A stretch of DNA of 64,000 nt, from assembly GCA_963809895.1 (NCBI GenBank), contig CAWELD010000010.1, forward strand, positions 448,001-512,000, read 5' to 3'. A program made the translations under genes and the position numbers. The stretch comes from an uncultured Gemmatimonadales bacterium (GTDB lineage: Bacteria; Gemmatimonadota; Gemmatimonadetes; Longimicrobiales; Gaopeijiaceae). How positions within the stretch are numbered: the first letter of the stretch is position 1; the number at the start of each line of letters is the position of its first letter. The notes below the pieces were generated by a model, which was given only the letters and a program-made list of their open reading frames with translations, ran no database searches and had not been told where the DNA came from. Positions 9,341-19,057 of this stretch are shown piece by piece.

Positions 9341-12310
9341 TTGACTCGCTCACATCCTCGTTCCGGCGTCCTGCTTGCCCTGGCCCTGCTCACGGCCGTC
9401 GTCGGATGTGACAAGAAGAGCACCACCACTCCCAATCGTCCTCCGGACACGCCGACCATCGGGTCGCCGAGCTCCGGGGCGACCTTCGTCCCGGGCACCG
9501 CGATCCAGTTCCAGGGATCGGCGTCGGATCCGGAAGACGGGAATCTCTCGGGTGTCCAGCTCGTCTGGACCAGCAGCATCGACGGGCAGATCGGAACGGG
9601 CGCCTCGTTCAGCCGGAACGACCTGTCGGAGGGCACGCACACCATCACGCTGCGCGCGACGGACTCCGACGGAGCCAGCAGGACGGCCACCGTGTCCATC
9701 ACCGTGGCCAACGAGGCTCCGGTGGCGACCATCAGCCAGCCGGCCGACAACGCCAGCTTCGGCATCGGCGAGTCCATCGACTTCCAGGGCTCGGCCACCG
9801 ATGCCGAGGACGGGGCGCTCAGCGGTGGCGATCTGGTCTGGACCAGCAACATCGACGGCCAGATCGGCACCGGCGGCAGCTTCTCCCGGGCCGACCTCTC
9901 GGAGGGCACGCACACGATCACCCTGACCGCCACTGACAGCCAGGGTAAGACCGGCCAGGCCACGGTGACCATCACCGTGGAGAATCAGGCGCCGGCCACG
10001 CCGGTCATCTCGGCTCCGGCCGACGGCGGCAGCGCGCAGCTCGGTGCCTCGGTGCAGTTCCAGGGCTCGGCCACGGACCCGGAAGACGGGGTGCTCAGCG
10101 GTGACGATCTGGTGTGGACCAGCGACATCGACGGCGAGATCGGCACCGGTACGTCGTTCTCCACCACCAGCCTGTCGGTGGGCGAGCACACGATCACGCT
10201 GACGGCCACCGACTCCGACGGCCGGACGTCGAGCGCGTCCATCACCTTCACGGTGCTGGCGCCGCCCACGGCGACCATCACCGCACCGGCCGACAACTCC
10301 ACCTTCGCGGTGGGGAGCACCATCGACTTCGAGGGCTCGGGCACCGACGCCGAGGACGGGGCGCTCACCGGCGCCAGCCTGGTCTGGAACAGCTCCATCG
10401 ACGGTGATTTCGGCACCGGCGAGACGGTGAGCCTCGCGACGCTGTCGGCGGGCACGCACACCGTCACCCTGACGGCCACCGACTCCGACGGCCTCACCGG
10501 GACGGCCACCATCACGGTGGTGGTGCAGACGCTGGGCTCGCCCACGGCCGTCATCACGTCGCCGGCCAACAACTCGGCCTTCGCGCCGGGGCAGGCGGTC
10601 ACCTTCCAGGGCTCGGCCACCGATCCCGAAGACGGCGCGCTCACGGGCGCGAGCCTGGTGTGGACCAGCAACCTCGACGGCCAGATCGGCACCGGCATCT
10701 CGTTCTCCACGGCCGGGCTGTCGGTGGGTACGCACACCGTGACCCTGACGGCCACGGACAGTGATTCCCAGACCGGCACCGCGGTGGTGACGGTGATCAT
10801 CTCGGCGCCGCCCGCGGCCTCCATCACCTCGCCCACCGGCGGCTCCACCTTCTCCGCCGGCGCGTCGGTGTCCTTCCAGGGTTCGGCGACGGATCCTGAA
10901 GACGGCGCGCTCACCGGGTCGAGCCTGGTGTGGTCCAGCAGCCGGGACGGACAGATCGGGACCGGGGAGTCCTTCAGCAGCTCCAGCCTGTCGGTGGGCG
11001 TTCACGTCATCACGCTGGCCGCCACCGACTCCAACGGTCAGGTCGGCACCGCGCAGGTCAGCATCACCATCAATCCCGCCGGAAGCCCACCGGTGGTGAG
11101 CATCACGGCGCCTGGCGATGGCTCGACGGCGGTGCTGGGTGCCTCGGTCGGCTTCACCGGAACGGCCACCGACACCGAGGACGGGAACATCGCGGCCAGC
11201 CTGTCCTGGAGCAGCAACAAGGACGGGGCGATCGGCACGGGGGCCTCGTTCAGCACCAGCTCGCTCACGGTGGGCACGCACACCATTACCGCCTCGGTGA
11301 CCGACTCCGACGGCTGGATGGTGACCGATCAGATCACGCTCACGATCCTGAGTCCGCCCACGGCCAGCATCAGCGCTCCGGCGAACAACGCCACCGTGAC
11401 GGCCGGCGCATCGACCACCTTCATCGGGTCGGCGAGCGATCCCGAAGACGGCGCTTTGACCGGCGCGAGCCTGGTCTGGGTCAGCGACAAGGACGGCCAG
11501 ATCGGCACCGGCACCTCGTTCTCCACCTCGTCGCTCTCGCTGGGCGCCCACGTCATCACCCTGACCGCCACCGACTCGGACGGTCTGACGGACGACGCGG
11601 TCGTCAACATCACCGTGAACGACGCGCCCACGGCGACGATCACGGCGCCGGCAAACGGGGCGTCGTACAACGAGGGTGACAACGTCAGCTTCACCGGGAC
11701 GGGTTCGGATACGGAAGACAGTGCCGGGAGTCTGACCCTGTCCTGGAGCAGCAGCATCGATGGTGTTCTGGGGACCGGCACCTCGCTCAGCACCAGTTCG
11801 TTGTCGGCCGGCACGCACACCATCACGCTGACAGTCACGGACACTCAGGGTGGCACAGACACGGATCAGATCACGATCACGGTGAACTCGACCTCCAGCC
11901 CGATCGTGGTCGAGGTCGGAGCGACGGCGTCGTCGACCATCAACGTCGGCGAGCAGAAGGTCCTTCCCATCGTGGTGGACATGACCAATGCCGCGGGCCG
12001 CGACGTGGCGACGCTGAACCTGAAGATCACCTGGGATACGGGGGTCGCGACCTACGTGTCGGCGACCAACGCGGTCGGCTCTGGACTCGCTTCGAAGAAC
12101 GAGGGGAGCGTGGGCAGCGGCGAGCTCACTCTGGGGTGGATCGACACCAGCGGCCAGACGAGCACCTTCACCGCCTGGAACGTGACGCTCGAGGGCGCGG
12201 GGTCGGGTTCGACCACCGTCACCGTGCAGGTGGTGGAGATCAAGGACGAGACGGCCACGGATCTGTCCGGTGACACCGGAACCCGCAATCACATTCTTAC
12301 GGTGAACTGA
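9341..12310 (+). CDS. Large lipoprotein: nine ~90-aa Ig/PKD-like repeats plus C-terminal cohesin-like domain
   Basis: TTG start after GGAGG; lipobox VVGC; nine repeats with ATDPEDG...LVWTSxxDGQIGTG...LSxGTHTITLTATDS; last ~135 aa follow the cohesin beta-strand pattern. Confidence 0.85.
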   Translation: MTRSHPRSGVLLALALLTAVVGCDKKSTTTPNRPPDTPTIGSPSSGATFVPGTAIQFQGSASDPEDGNLSGVQLVWTSSIDGQIGTGASFSRNDLSEGTHTITLRATDSDGASRTATVSITVANEAPVATISQPADNASFGIGESIDFQGSATDAEDGALSGGDLVWTSNIDGQIGTGGSFSRADLSEGTHTITLTATDSQGKTGQATVTITVENQAPATPVISAPADGGSAQLGASVQFQGSATDPEDGVLSGDDLVWTSDIDGEIGTGTSFSTTSLSVGEHTITLTATDSDGRTSSASITFTVLAPPTATITAPADNSTFAVGSTIDFEGSGTDAEDGALTGASLVWNSSIDGDFGTGETVSLATLSAGTHTVTLTATDSDGLTGTATITVVVQTLGSPTAVITSPANNSAFAPGQAVTFQGSATDPEDGALTGASLVWTSNLDGQIGTGISFSTAGLSVGTHTVTLTATDSDSQTGTAVVTVIISAPPAASITSPTGGSTFSAGASVSFQGSATDPEDGALTGSSLVWSSSRDGQIGTGESFSSSSLSVGVHVITLAATDSNGQVGTAQVSITINPAGSPPVVSITAPGDGSTAVLGASVGFTGTATDTEDGNIAASLSWSSNKDGAIGTGASFSTSSLTVGTHTITASVTDSDGWMVTDQITLTILSPPTASISAPANNATVTAGASTTFIGSASDPEDGALTGASLVWVSDKDGQIGTGTSFSTSSLSLGAHVITLTATDSDGLTDDAVVNITVNDAPTATITAPANGASYNEGDNVSFTGTGSDTEDSAGSLTLSWSSSIDGVLGTGTSLSTSSLSAGTHTITLTVTDTQGGTDTDQITITVNSTSSPIVVEVGATASSTINVGEQKVLPIVVDMTNAAGRDVATLNLKITWDTGVATYVSATNAVGSGLASKNEGSVGSGELTLGWIDTSGQTSTFTAWNVTLEGAGSGSTTVTVQVVEIKDETATDLSGDTGTRNHILTVN

Positions 12311-12960
12311 TGGGCACCACGTTGAAGCTGGGCGGCCTGACGTTTCTTGCCGCGACGCTCATGATGGCCATGGTGGCGGCGGCGCCGCCCGCCGCGCCCG
12401 CCGTGGGCCCCTCCGGGACGAGCCTCACGTTCATCTTCGATACGTGCGACGGGGGCCTCCTGGGAGACGTGACCGCGGATGGCGCGGTCACGCTGGGTGA
12501 CGCTCAGCAGATTCTCCGCGGCGCCCTGGGGCTCTCGGTGAACAGCTCGGTGGAAGGGCGTCTGCTCACGCACGGCGACGTGGATGACAACGGGTCGGTC
12601 ACCCTCTCCGATGCGCAGCAGGTGCTGCGCTACGTGATCCTGGGAGCCTCATCCGTATCCTACCCGATCGGCCAGAACATCTGTGGAAGCGGCGATGTGG
12701 TGGTCAGGAATCAGACTCAGGGCACGCTTCCGCCGAATCCCTATACCCTCAGTCTGGATGGAGGCACGGCGATCAATCTGCCGCCGGGCTCTCCCACGGA
12801 CCCCGGCTACGCCACCTTCTCGGGAGTGAGTCAGGGGGAGCACACGGTGACCATCGGGAATCTCCAGGGATGTGCGCCGACGGGTGGGGCGCCGGTGTCC
12901 CAGAACTTCACCCTGGGCGCCACTGGCATCCTGGTGAACTTCGCCATCACCTGTCCCTGA
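12310..12960 (+). CDS. Secreted dockerin-domain protein
   Basis: Signal peptide; duplicated F-hand motifs GDVTADGAVTLGDAQQILR and GDVDDNGSVTLSDAQQVLR; TGATG overlap with the upstream gene. Confidence 0.85.
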   Translation: MGTTLKLGGLTFLAATLMMAMVAAAPPAAPAVGPSGTSLTFIFDTCDGGLLGDVTADGAVTLGDAQQILRGALGLSVNSSVEGRLLTHGDVDDNGSVTLSDAQQVLRYVILGASSVSYPIGQNICGSGDVVVRNQTQGTLPPNPYTLSLDGGTAINLPPGSPTDPGYATFSGVSQGEHTVTIGNLQGCAPTGGAPVSQNFTLGATGILVNFAITCP

Positions 12961-12965
12961 CGCCC

Positions 12966-14009
12966 CTACCGCCCCTGGATCCCCGGGTGCCCGTAGACGG
13001 GTGAGTTCATCTCCTGGACGCGCTGGACGTACTCGGCGTCGTTCAGGCCGTTCTGCCAGATCCCGGTGGCGCGGGCGCCGACGTAGCCGGCCAGGAAGAG
13101 GCCGGTGACGGCGGCGGCGTAGGCCAGGGGGCGAACCGGGCGCCGGCCCACCTTCACGGTGAGCGCGCCCTTCACTGGGCACGCGGCCACGCAGTCGAGG
13201 CATCCGGTGCATTCGACGCTGGTCACGGCCCTCGAGCCCGACACGTCGAGCCGGGCGCCACACGCCCGGTCGCACAGGCTGCATCCCACGCAGGCATCGG
13301 CTTCACGCCGGATCTTCGTCGGCGACATCCAGGAGAAGAGTCCCAGGAGCGCGCCGTAGGGGCACAGGTACCGGCACCACAGCCCGCGCACGAAGATGGA
13401 GCCGATCAGCAATCCCCCGGTGACCCAGAGCGCGGTGCGGCCCATGTGGGCGAAGAAGAGCCCCATCTTGAGGTCGGCCACGCGGTTGTAGGGCGACTCG
13501 ATGAAGGCCCGCAGCCCGGCCTCGCCCATGAGCGCGATGGAGCCCAGGAAGAAGGCCATGAGCACGTACTTGAGACTCCTGAGCGGCAGGTCCACCCAGC
13601 GCCAGAAGCGGAAGTTGCGGCCGAAGGACCAGCGGCCGAAGCGCGCCAGCAGCTCCGACAGGAAGCCGATGGGGCACACCCAGGAGCAGAACGACTTCCG
13701 CAGCAGCACGGCCATGAGGATGGCCACCAGGACCAGGACCGTGGCCGCGGGATGGACGGCGTTGAGCGTGCCCTGCCACAGCCAGTCCACGAATCCCATG
13801 ATACCGCTGATGGGAAGGAATCCCTCCACCCCGGCGGGACGCGTGGGCAGCGGCGTGGCGCCGGCCCGGGCCGCGTGATAGAAGCGCGCGAACTGGATGC
13901 CCAACAGGACGCAGGTCAGCGCGAAGACCACCTGCACGACGATGCGGACGCGGAAGCGGCGCTCGGCCTTGCGACCGGTGCGGCCGGCGAGCCAGTGAAC
14001 CAGGGACAT
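12966..14009 (-). CDS. Membrane-bound 4Fe-4S binding protein (NapH/MauN-like)
   Basis: FCSWVCPIG, WCRYLCPYG and two CxxCxxCxxxC motifs; multiple TM. Confidence 0.88.
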   Translation of the reverse strand: MSLVHWLAGRTGRKAERRFRVRIVVQVVFALTCVLLGIQFARFYHAARAGATPLPTRPAGVEGFLPISGIMGFVDWLWQGTLNAVHPAATVLVLVAILMAVLLRKSFCSWVCPIGFLSELLARFGRWSFGRNFRFWRWVDLPLRSLKYVLMAFFLGSIALMGEAGLRAFIESPYNRVADLKMGLFFAHMGRTALWVTGGLLIGSIFVRGLWCRYLCPYGALLGLFSWMSPTKIRREADACVGCSLCDRACGARLDVSGSRAVTSVECTGCLDCVAACPVKGALTVKVGRRPVRPLAYAAAVTGLFLAGYVGARATGIWQNGLNDAEYVQRVQEMNSPVYGHPGIQGR

Positions 14010-14185
14010 GACGGCCTCGACGGGGACAGGAGCCTCCCTGGAAAGATGCCGCCGAGCGTGGACGTGGGCCTGTGGGGAAAGTCCCCGAATCCGGTGTGCG
14101 CCGGAGCCCTACGTGCCCTCCGGGAGGCTACGGATGCCGACCCGCGCAGCCAGGGATGCCCGCCCCGCCCCTCGAGGGTGCTCGG

Positions 14186-15889
14186 CTACGGCTCCACCAC
14201 GTCGAAGTCGAACATCATGCCCGAGTGCAGGTGCTCGGCGATGTGGCAGTGGGCCATCCAGGTGCCGGGATTGGACATCTCCACCAGGAGGTCCACGGTG
14301 GAGCCCACGGGGATGATGGCGGTGTCCTTCCAGACGAGATCGTCGTTGGGCTTCCCGTCGATGGAGGTGACCAGGAACCGCTGCCCGTGGATGTGGAACG
14401 GGTGGTTCATGGGGTGGAAGGACTTGGGATTGTTGAACACCCGGATCTTCACCACGTCGCCCACGTGGAAGGTCCAGTCGATGTCGGCGTTCTCCTTGCC
14501 GGTCTCGCGGTCCCGGAGGATCCAGGTCACCTGCTTCGCCGTGGACAGCCAGTTCATCATGGGCATGGCGTCCATGAACTCCACCGGCGGCACGTAGAGC
14601 GTATCCATCTCCATGGACTGGACGATGGGCACGGGCAGCCCGGACACGCGCACCGTGGTTTCGAGCTCCTTGTCCGGGGCCTTGTCGAAGAGCGGGCGGT
14701 AGCGCTCGATGTCCTGCACCACCGCTTCGTTCTCGCGCAGGGTGGCGAAGGCCTCGGACAGATCGGGCTCGGCCGGCTCGTCGGAGACCGTGATGGTCGC
14801 CAGCGTGTCCACGTGGGGATAGAAGGTGCCGGCGAAGTGATTCACCGCCTGGATGCTGTTGGTGATGGCGAAGTCACCGGGCTCGTCGAACTGCACGTCC
14901 ACCACGTACCGCTCCGCCGGCGCGATGATCACGCTGGGGACCCACTTCTCGCGCTCGTACCGGCCCACGTCCGAGGCGACGACCTTGATCTTGGCGCCAC
15001 CGAACAGGACGTTGAAGGTGCGCGTGTTGGCCACGTCGGTGAGGAAGAAGCGGATCACCTCGCCGCGCTTGGCCGTCAGGTGATAGCCGGTCTGGCCGTT
15101 CACCATCATGACGTTGCCGAAGCGGCCCATGAGCGCGTGGGTGGGCGCGTCCTTGCCCCACGGCAGCAGCCCCTGATCGTCCATGAGGATGTCGTCCAGG
15201 ACGAAGATCTCCTGCCGGTTGGCCGGGCCGTAGTAGTCCGGGTCCGGAGAGGTGACCAGGAGGTTGCCGAAGAGCCCCAGGTCCTGCTGCACGTCCTCGC
15301 GCACGTGGGGGTGATACCAGAACATGCCCGCGTCGGGCACGTTGACCTGGTAGGTGAAGCTCTCGCCCTGCTCGATGGGCTTCTGCGTGATGCCGGGGAC
15401 CCCGTCGAAGCGGTTGTCGATGCGCACCCCGTGCCAGTGGATGGTGGTGGGCATCTGGATCTCGTTGGTGACCTTCACCACCACGGTGCCGCCCTGGGGT
15501 GCCTTGATGAGCGGGCCGGGATACTGCTCGTTGTAGCCGTACATGACCACCTCGTGCCCGGCCAGCGTGCGGCGCACCATGGACACCGCGATGTCCAGCG
15601 TATCCCCGTCACCGAGCTCCACGAGCTCCGACGGCCGGGCCTCGGGCAGCATGGACATGTCCATGCCTTCCATGTCCATCCCCGGCTTGAACGGGTCCAC
15701 CACCGGAACCAATCCCTCGATGCCCGGGAGCATGGGCATGTTGGGATCCATGGGCACCATCCTCCAGCCGCCGGCCATGCTCATGTCGTGCATCATGTGC
15801 ATGGAGCGCTCCTCCTGCGCCGAGGCGCGCGGAGCGAGCGTGAGGAGGAGGACCGGCAGGAGGGCTGTGAAGGGGAGGGCTCGGCGCAT
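14186..15889 (-). CDS. Multicopper oxidase with Met-rich N-terminus
   Basis: HWHG, WYHPH, HPFHIHG and HCHIAEHLHSGM; signal peptide; start at ATG 15889 or GTG 15892. Confidence 0.93.
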   Translation of the reverse strand: MRRALPFTALLPVLLLTLAPRASAQEERSMHMMHDMSMAGGWRMVPMDPNMPMLPGIEGLVPVVDPFKPGMDMEGMDMSMLPEARPSELVELGDGDTLDIAVSMVRRTLAGHEVVMYGYNEQYPGPLIKAPQGGTVVVKVTNEIQMPTTIHWHGVRIDNRFDGVPGITQKPIEQGESFTYQVNVPDAGMFWYHPHVREDVQQDLGLFGNLLVTSPDPDYYGPANRQEIFVLDDILMDDQGLLPWGKDAPTHALMGRFGNVMMVNGQTGYHLTAKRGEVIRFFLTDVANTRTFNVLFGGAKIKVVASDVGRYEREKWVPSVIIAPAERYVVDVQFDEPGDFAITNSIQAVNHFAGTFYPHVDTLATITVSDEPAEPDLSEAFATLRENEAVVQDIERYRPLFDKAPDKELETTVRVSGLPVPIVQSMEMDTLYVPPVEFMDAMPMMNWLSTAKQVTWILRDRETGKENADIDWTFHVGDVVKIRVFNNPKSFHPMNHPFHIHGQRFLVTSIDGKPNDDLVWKDTAIIPVGSTVDLLVEMSNPGTWMAHCHIAEHLHSGMMFDFDVVEP

Positions 15890-16512
15890 CACTGGTATCC
15901 GTACTTGGCGCACTTTTCCTGCTGGAAGGGCCCGTGCCCCGCCATGGTGTGCATCATGCCGCTCCGGGACATCCCCCGGAAGGCGATGGGGCCCGACCAG
16001 GTCGTCGCGTCGGGATCGTCCGTCGGCTCCAGGGTGACCACCACCAGGAACTTGTTCCAGCTCACCTGGCCGGTGGCCTTCAGGTCGGCGTCCAGGGGGC
16101 CGATGCGTCGGATCTGGTCCACCTGCGGCGTGGTGATCCAGGCCACCAGCGTGCCCTGCGTGGGCGGCTTGAGGTCCGAGATCTGGATGTTCAGGTCGTA
16201 GACGTAGCTGCCGTCGGGAGCCAGAGCCACACCGTAGGGCGAGGGCGCGAAGGTCATGTACGCCATGCCCTCGGCGTGGCCCGAGCCCGGAAGCCGCTTG
16301 GTCGTGACCAACTCCACGGCGTAGTACTCCGACGGGGCCGGATCGATGGCGCACATGGAAGGCGTGGCATCGGCGGTCGCGGGGGATGCCGACGCGGTTT
16401 CGGTCGGTCGTGACGCCGTTGCGGCGCCGGTCGCTGGGGGCGCCGTTGCGGCACCAGCCAGCGCGACGGTACCGAGCAGCGAGGCGGCGATCATGAGTGC
16501 GTTGCGTGCCAT
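15889..16512 (-). CDS. Secreted hypothetical protein, possibly copper-binding
   Basis: Signal peptide, Ala/Thr linker, C-terminal MMHTMAGH; stop overlaps the oxidase start. Confidence 0.7.
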   Translation of the reverse strand: MARNALMIAASLLGTVALAGAATAPPATGAATASRPTETASASPATADATPSMCAIDPAPSEYYAVELVTTKRLPGSGHAEGMAYMTFAPSPYGVALAPDGSYVYDLNIQISDLKPPTQGTLVAWITTPQVDQIRRIGPLDADLKATGQVSWNKFLVVVTLEPTDDPDATTWSGPIAFRGMSRSGMMHTMAGHGPFQQEKCAKYGYQ

Positions 16513-16538
16513 GGTCGTGTGCTCCGGGGGATTCCGTG

Positions 16539-18278
16539 TCAGTTGCCGCCGCCCTCGTACACCACCTCACCGCCGAGGATCGTGTACACCACCTGCGTGT
16601 CCAGGATCTCCTCGGCGGGGACGGTCATGATGTCCCTGGACAGCACCACGGCGTCGGCCAGCTTGCCGGGCTCCAGCGAGCCCTTTTCGTCTTCCTCGAA
16701 CGCGGCGTAGGCGCCGTTCAGGGTGTAGGTCTTGAGCGCCTGATCGCGCGTGAGCGCCTCGTCCGGGTAGAAGGTGGAGTCGGTGCCCACCATCTCGCGC
16801 GTCACCGTGCAGTGGAACGAAGCCATGGGATCGATGTTCTCGACGGGGACGTCGGTTCCGTTGGTGACCACCACGCCCAGGTCCCAGAGGGTCTTCCACT
16901 TGTAGGCTCCCTCGCGTGCGCGCTGCTCACCCAGGCGCGGGGTGACGTAGGGCGCGTCGGAGCAGGCGTGGATCCCCTGCATGGAAGCGATGACCCCGAG
17001 CTCGGCGAAGCGCGGGATGTCCGTGGGATTCAGGTGCTGGGAGTGCTCGATGCGCCAGCGCAGGGTGTCGCCGTCGACGCCCTCCTCCTGGAAGACCTGC
17101 TGGTAGACGTCCAGCGTTTCGCGATTGGCCCGGTCGCCGATGGCGTGGACGGCGATCTGGTACCCGTTGCGGAGCCCGATCTCGGCGATCTCCTTGATGC
17201 GGCTCATCTGGGTGACCTCGAGGCCCGTGCTGCTGGCGTCGTCGCTGTAGGGCTCCAGCATCCAGGCGCTCCGGGAGCCCAGCGCTCCGTCGGCGGTCAC
17301 CTCGCCGATGGCGCGCACCGTGAGGTGGCCGTCGGCGTAGTCCACCATGCGGTGGGCCGCCAGCGCCTCCTCGTTGTCGGGGCGCACCTCGCCCTGGCTC
17401 ACCAGGATGTAGAGCCGGATGGGCAACACGCCTTCGTCGGCCATGGCCTTGAGGCCGTCCACGGTCCTGAGCGACGCGCCCTGGTCCTGGAAGCTGGTGA
17501 CGCCGTTGGCCAGGGCCTCCTGCGCGGCCAGTTGGACCTGCTCGCGGAAGTCGGCCTCGACCTGCTCGGGCGTGCGATCGGCCTGAGCCCGGCTGCGTGC
17601 ACGACCCACCAGCCCGCTGGCGGCGTCCACCAGGATCCCCGTGGGCCGGCCCGAGGCGTCCTTGATGATCTCACCGCCTGAAGGGCTCGGCGTGCTCGGG
17701 CCGATTCCCGCGGCCTCGAGGGCCGCGGCGTTGGCGATGGAGGCGTGGCCGCTTGCGTGGGTGAGCAGTACCGGATTGTCGGGAGCCACCTGGTTGAGCA
17801 GGTCGTTGGTCTGGAAGCCGGCCACCACGCGGCCAGGCGACTCGTCCCACTTCTCCTGGTGCCAGCCGCGGCCCAGGATCCACTCGCCGGGCTCGGCATC
17901 GGCCACCGCCGCCGCCACCATGTCGACGATCTGTTGCCAGGTGCGCGTGCCCATGAGGTCGAGCTGTGTCAGCGAGCTCCCCAGGCCCATGAAGTGGCCG
18001 TGGCTCTCGATGAGTCCCGGCACCACCAGCTTGCCCTCGAGGTCGATGACCTGCGTCGCCGATCCCACGTAGGGCGCGATGTCGTCGTTGGAGCCCACGG
18101 CCACGATGGAGTCCCCGGCCATGGCGATGGCCTGGGCCTCGGGCTGATCGGGGTTCATGGTGACGACCTTGCCGTTCTGGAGGACCAGGTCGGCCGGGGC
18201 GACGCCGGGCCCGCAGGCGGTGAGGGTGACGGCGCCCAGCAGGGCGGCGGCGAGGAGGGTCGGGGCTCGTCGCGTCAT
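16539..18278 (-). CDS. Amidohydrolase (YtcJ/Amidohydro_3-like) lipoprotein
   Basis: PGLIESHGH, DGALGSR, HAIGDRA, RIEH, GTD and GSLEPGKLAD; lipobox LTAC. Confidence 0.9.
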   Translation of the reverse strand: MTRRAPTLLAAALLGAVTLTACGPGVAPADLVLQNGKVVTMNPDQPEAQAIAMAGDSIVAVGSNDDIAPYVGSATQVIDLEGKLVVPGLIESHGHFMGLGSSLTQLDLMGTRTWQQIVDMVAAAVADAEPGEWILGRGWHQEKWDESPGRVVAGFQTNDLLNQVAPDNPVLLTHASGHASIANAAALEAAGIGPSTPSPSGGEIIKDASGRPTGILVDAASGLVGRARSRAQADRTPEQVEADFREQVQLAAQEALANGVTSFQDQGASLRTVDGLKAMADEGVLPIRLYILVSQGEVRPDNEEALAAHRMVDYADGHLTVRAIGEVTADGALGSRSAWMLEPYSDDASSTGLEVTQMSRIKEIAEIGLRNGYQIAVHAIGDRANRETLDVYQQVFQEEGVDGDTLRWRIEHSQHLNPTDIPRFAELGVIASMQGIHACSDAPYVTPRLGEQRAREGAYKWKTLWDLGVVVTNGTDVPVENIDPMASFHCTVTREMVGTDSTFYPDEALTRDQALKTYTLNGAYAAFEEDEKGSLEPGKLADAVVLSRDIMTVPAEEILDTQVVYTILGGEVVYEGGGN

Positions 18279-18460
18279 GGTGGTTCCTCTGGCTCGGATA
18301 TCGCGGAGATCGGTCGGACCGGTTCAAGGGGCCATGCAGAATGCGATGTCGCCGGCTCCGGGGCCAGTCCTGTTCGGGCGCCGGGAGGCGCGCGGGCCGC
18401 GCCGGGCCCGGCATCCCGTACCGACGCCAACTGGTAACTGGAGCCCCTGTTTTCGTCGGT

Positions 18461-18560
18461 TTGCCAATTCAACTCGCTGAGCGAGTCGAAATCGACATGG
18501 CAGGGATGGCGGCTCCAACACTTTACCAATCCAACTCGCTGAGCGAGTCGAATCGGTAAA
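18461..18560. repeat. Two tandem palindromic repeats, 62-bp period
   Basis: CAACTCGCTGAGCGAGTCGAA at 18470 and 18532, each the centre of an imperfect hairpin. Confidence 0.75.
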
Positions 18561-18634
18561 TCGTCGATTTCGACCCCTCCAGTGGAACCGTAGCGACGTC
18601 CGAGGTTCGACGTTGGCGACGCTCGAGGGTTGGG

Positions 18635-18725
18635 GCCGGCGCTGGCGACGCTCGACGACGGCAGCGGCAATGTTCGACGGCGGCGACTACGCCGGCGCCG
18701 GCGACGCTCGACGATGGCAGCGGCA
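18635..18725. repeat. 35-bp direct repeat pair
   Basis: GCCGGCGCYGGCGACGCTCGACGAYGGCAGCGGCA at 18635 and 18691, two mismatches; partial third copy at 18615. Confidence 0.7.
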
Positions 18726-19057
18726 TCGGCGCGGCAACGTCGCCAACCCCCGACCCGGACGTCGCCGGCTCCGTCCGCCTGGCGCCGCGCCGATTGCGGG
18801 CGCCACCCGACGCTGCGGTGGTGCGCGCCGGCCAGCCCCCCGAGGGGCGCCCTACCGACAACCCCCGGGGGCCGAATCGACCCCCGGGGGTTGCTCACCT
18901 CACAGGCGGTGCGCGACCTCCGTCGGGCGCCCCGCCGGGCCGAAAGACCCTGGGAGCCGGGCGCGCCCACCGGGTCAGGAGCCCCAGCCGGGCGCCCGCC
19001 CAGCCGGCAGCCCGAGCGCCCGAACGGTCCGGCGCCCGGCCTGCCGGCCCCGAAACC

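Noticed and set aside
9350..12292. 980-aa antisense ORF (similar ones at 14072..16201, 20797..23655, 24541..26517, 30472..32463)
   Set aside because: Shadow frames of real genes in high-GC DNA; rich in Arg/Gly/Pro with no recognisable motifs.
9341..12960. True cellulosome
   Set aside because: Single cohesin, no CBM3, and neither glycosidase in the window shows a dockerin.
18461..18560. Mini-CRISPR array
   Set aside because: Only two imperfect repeats, no leader and no cas genes.
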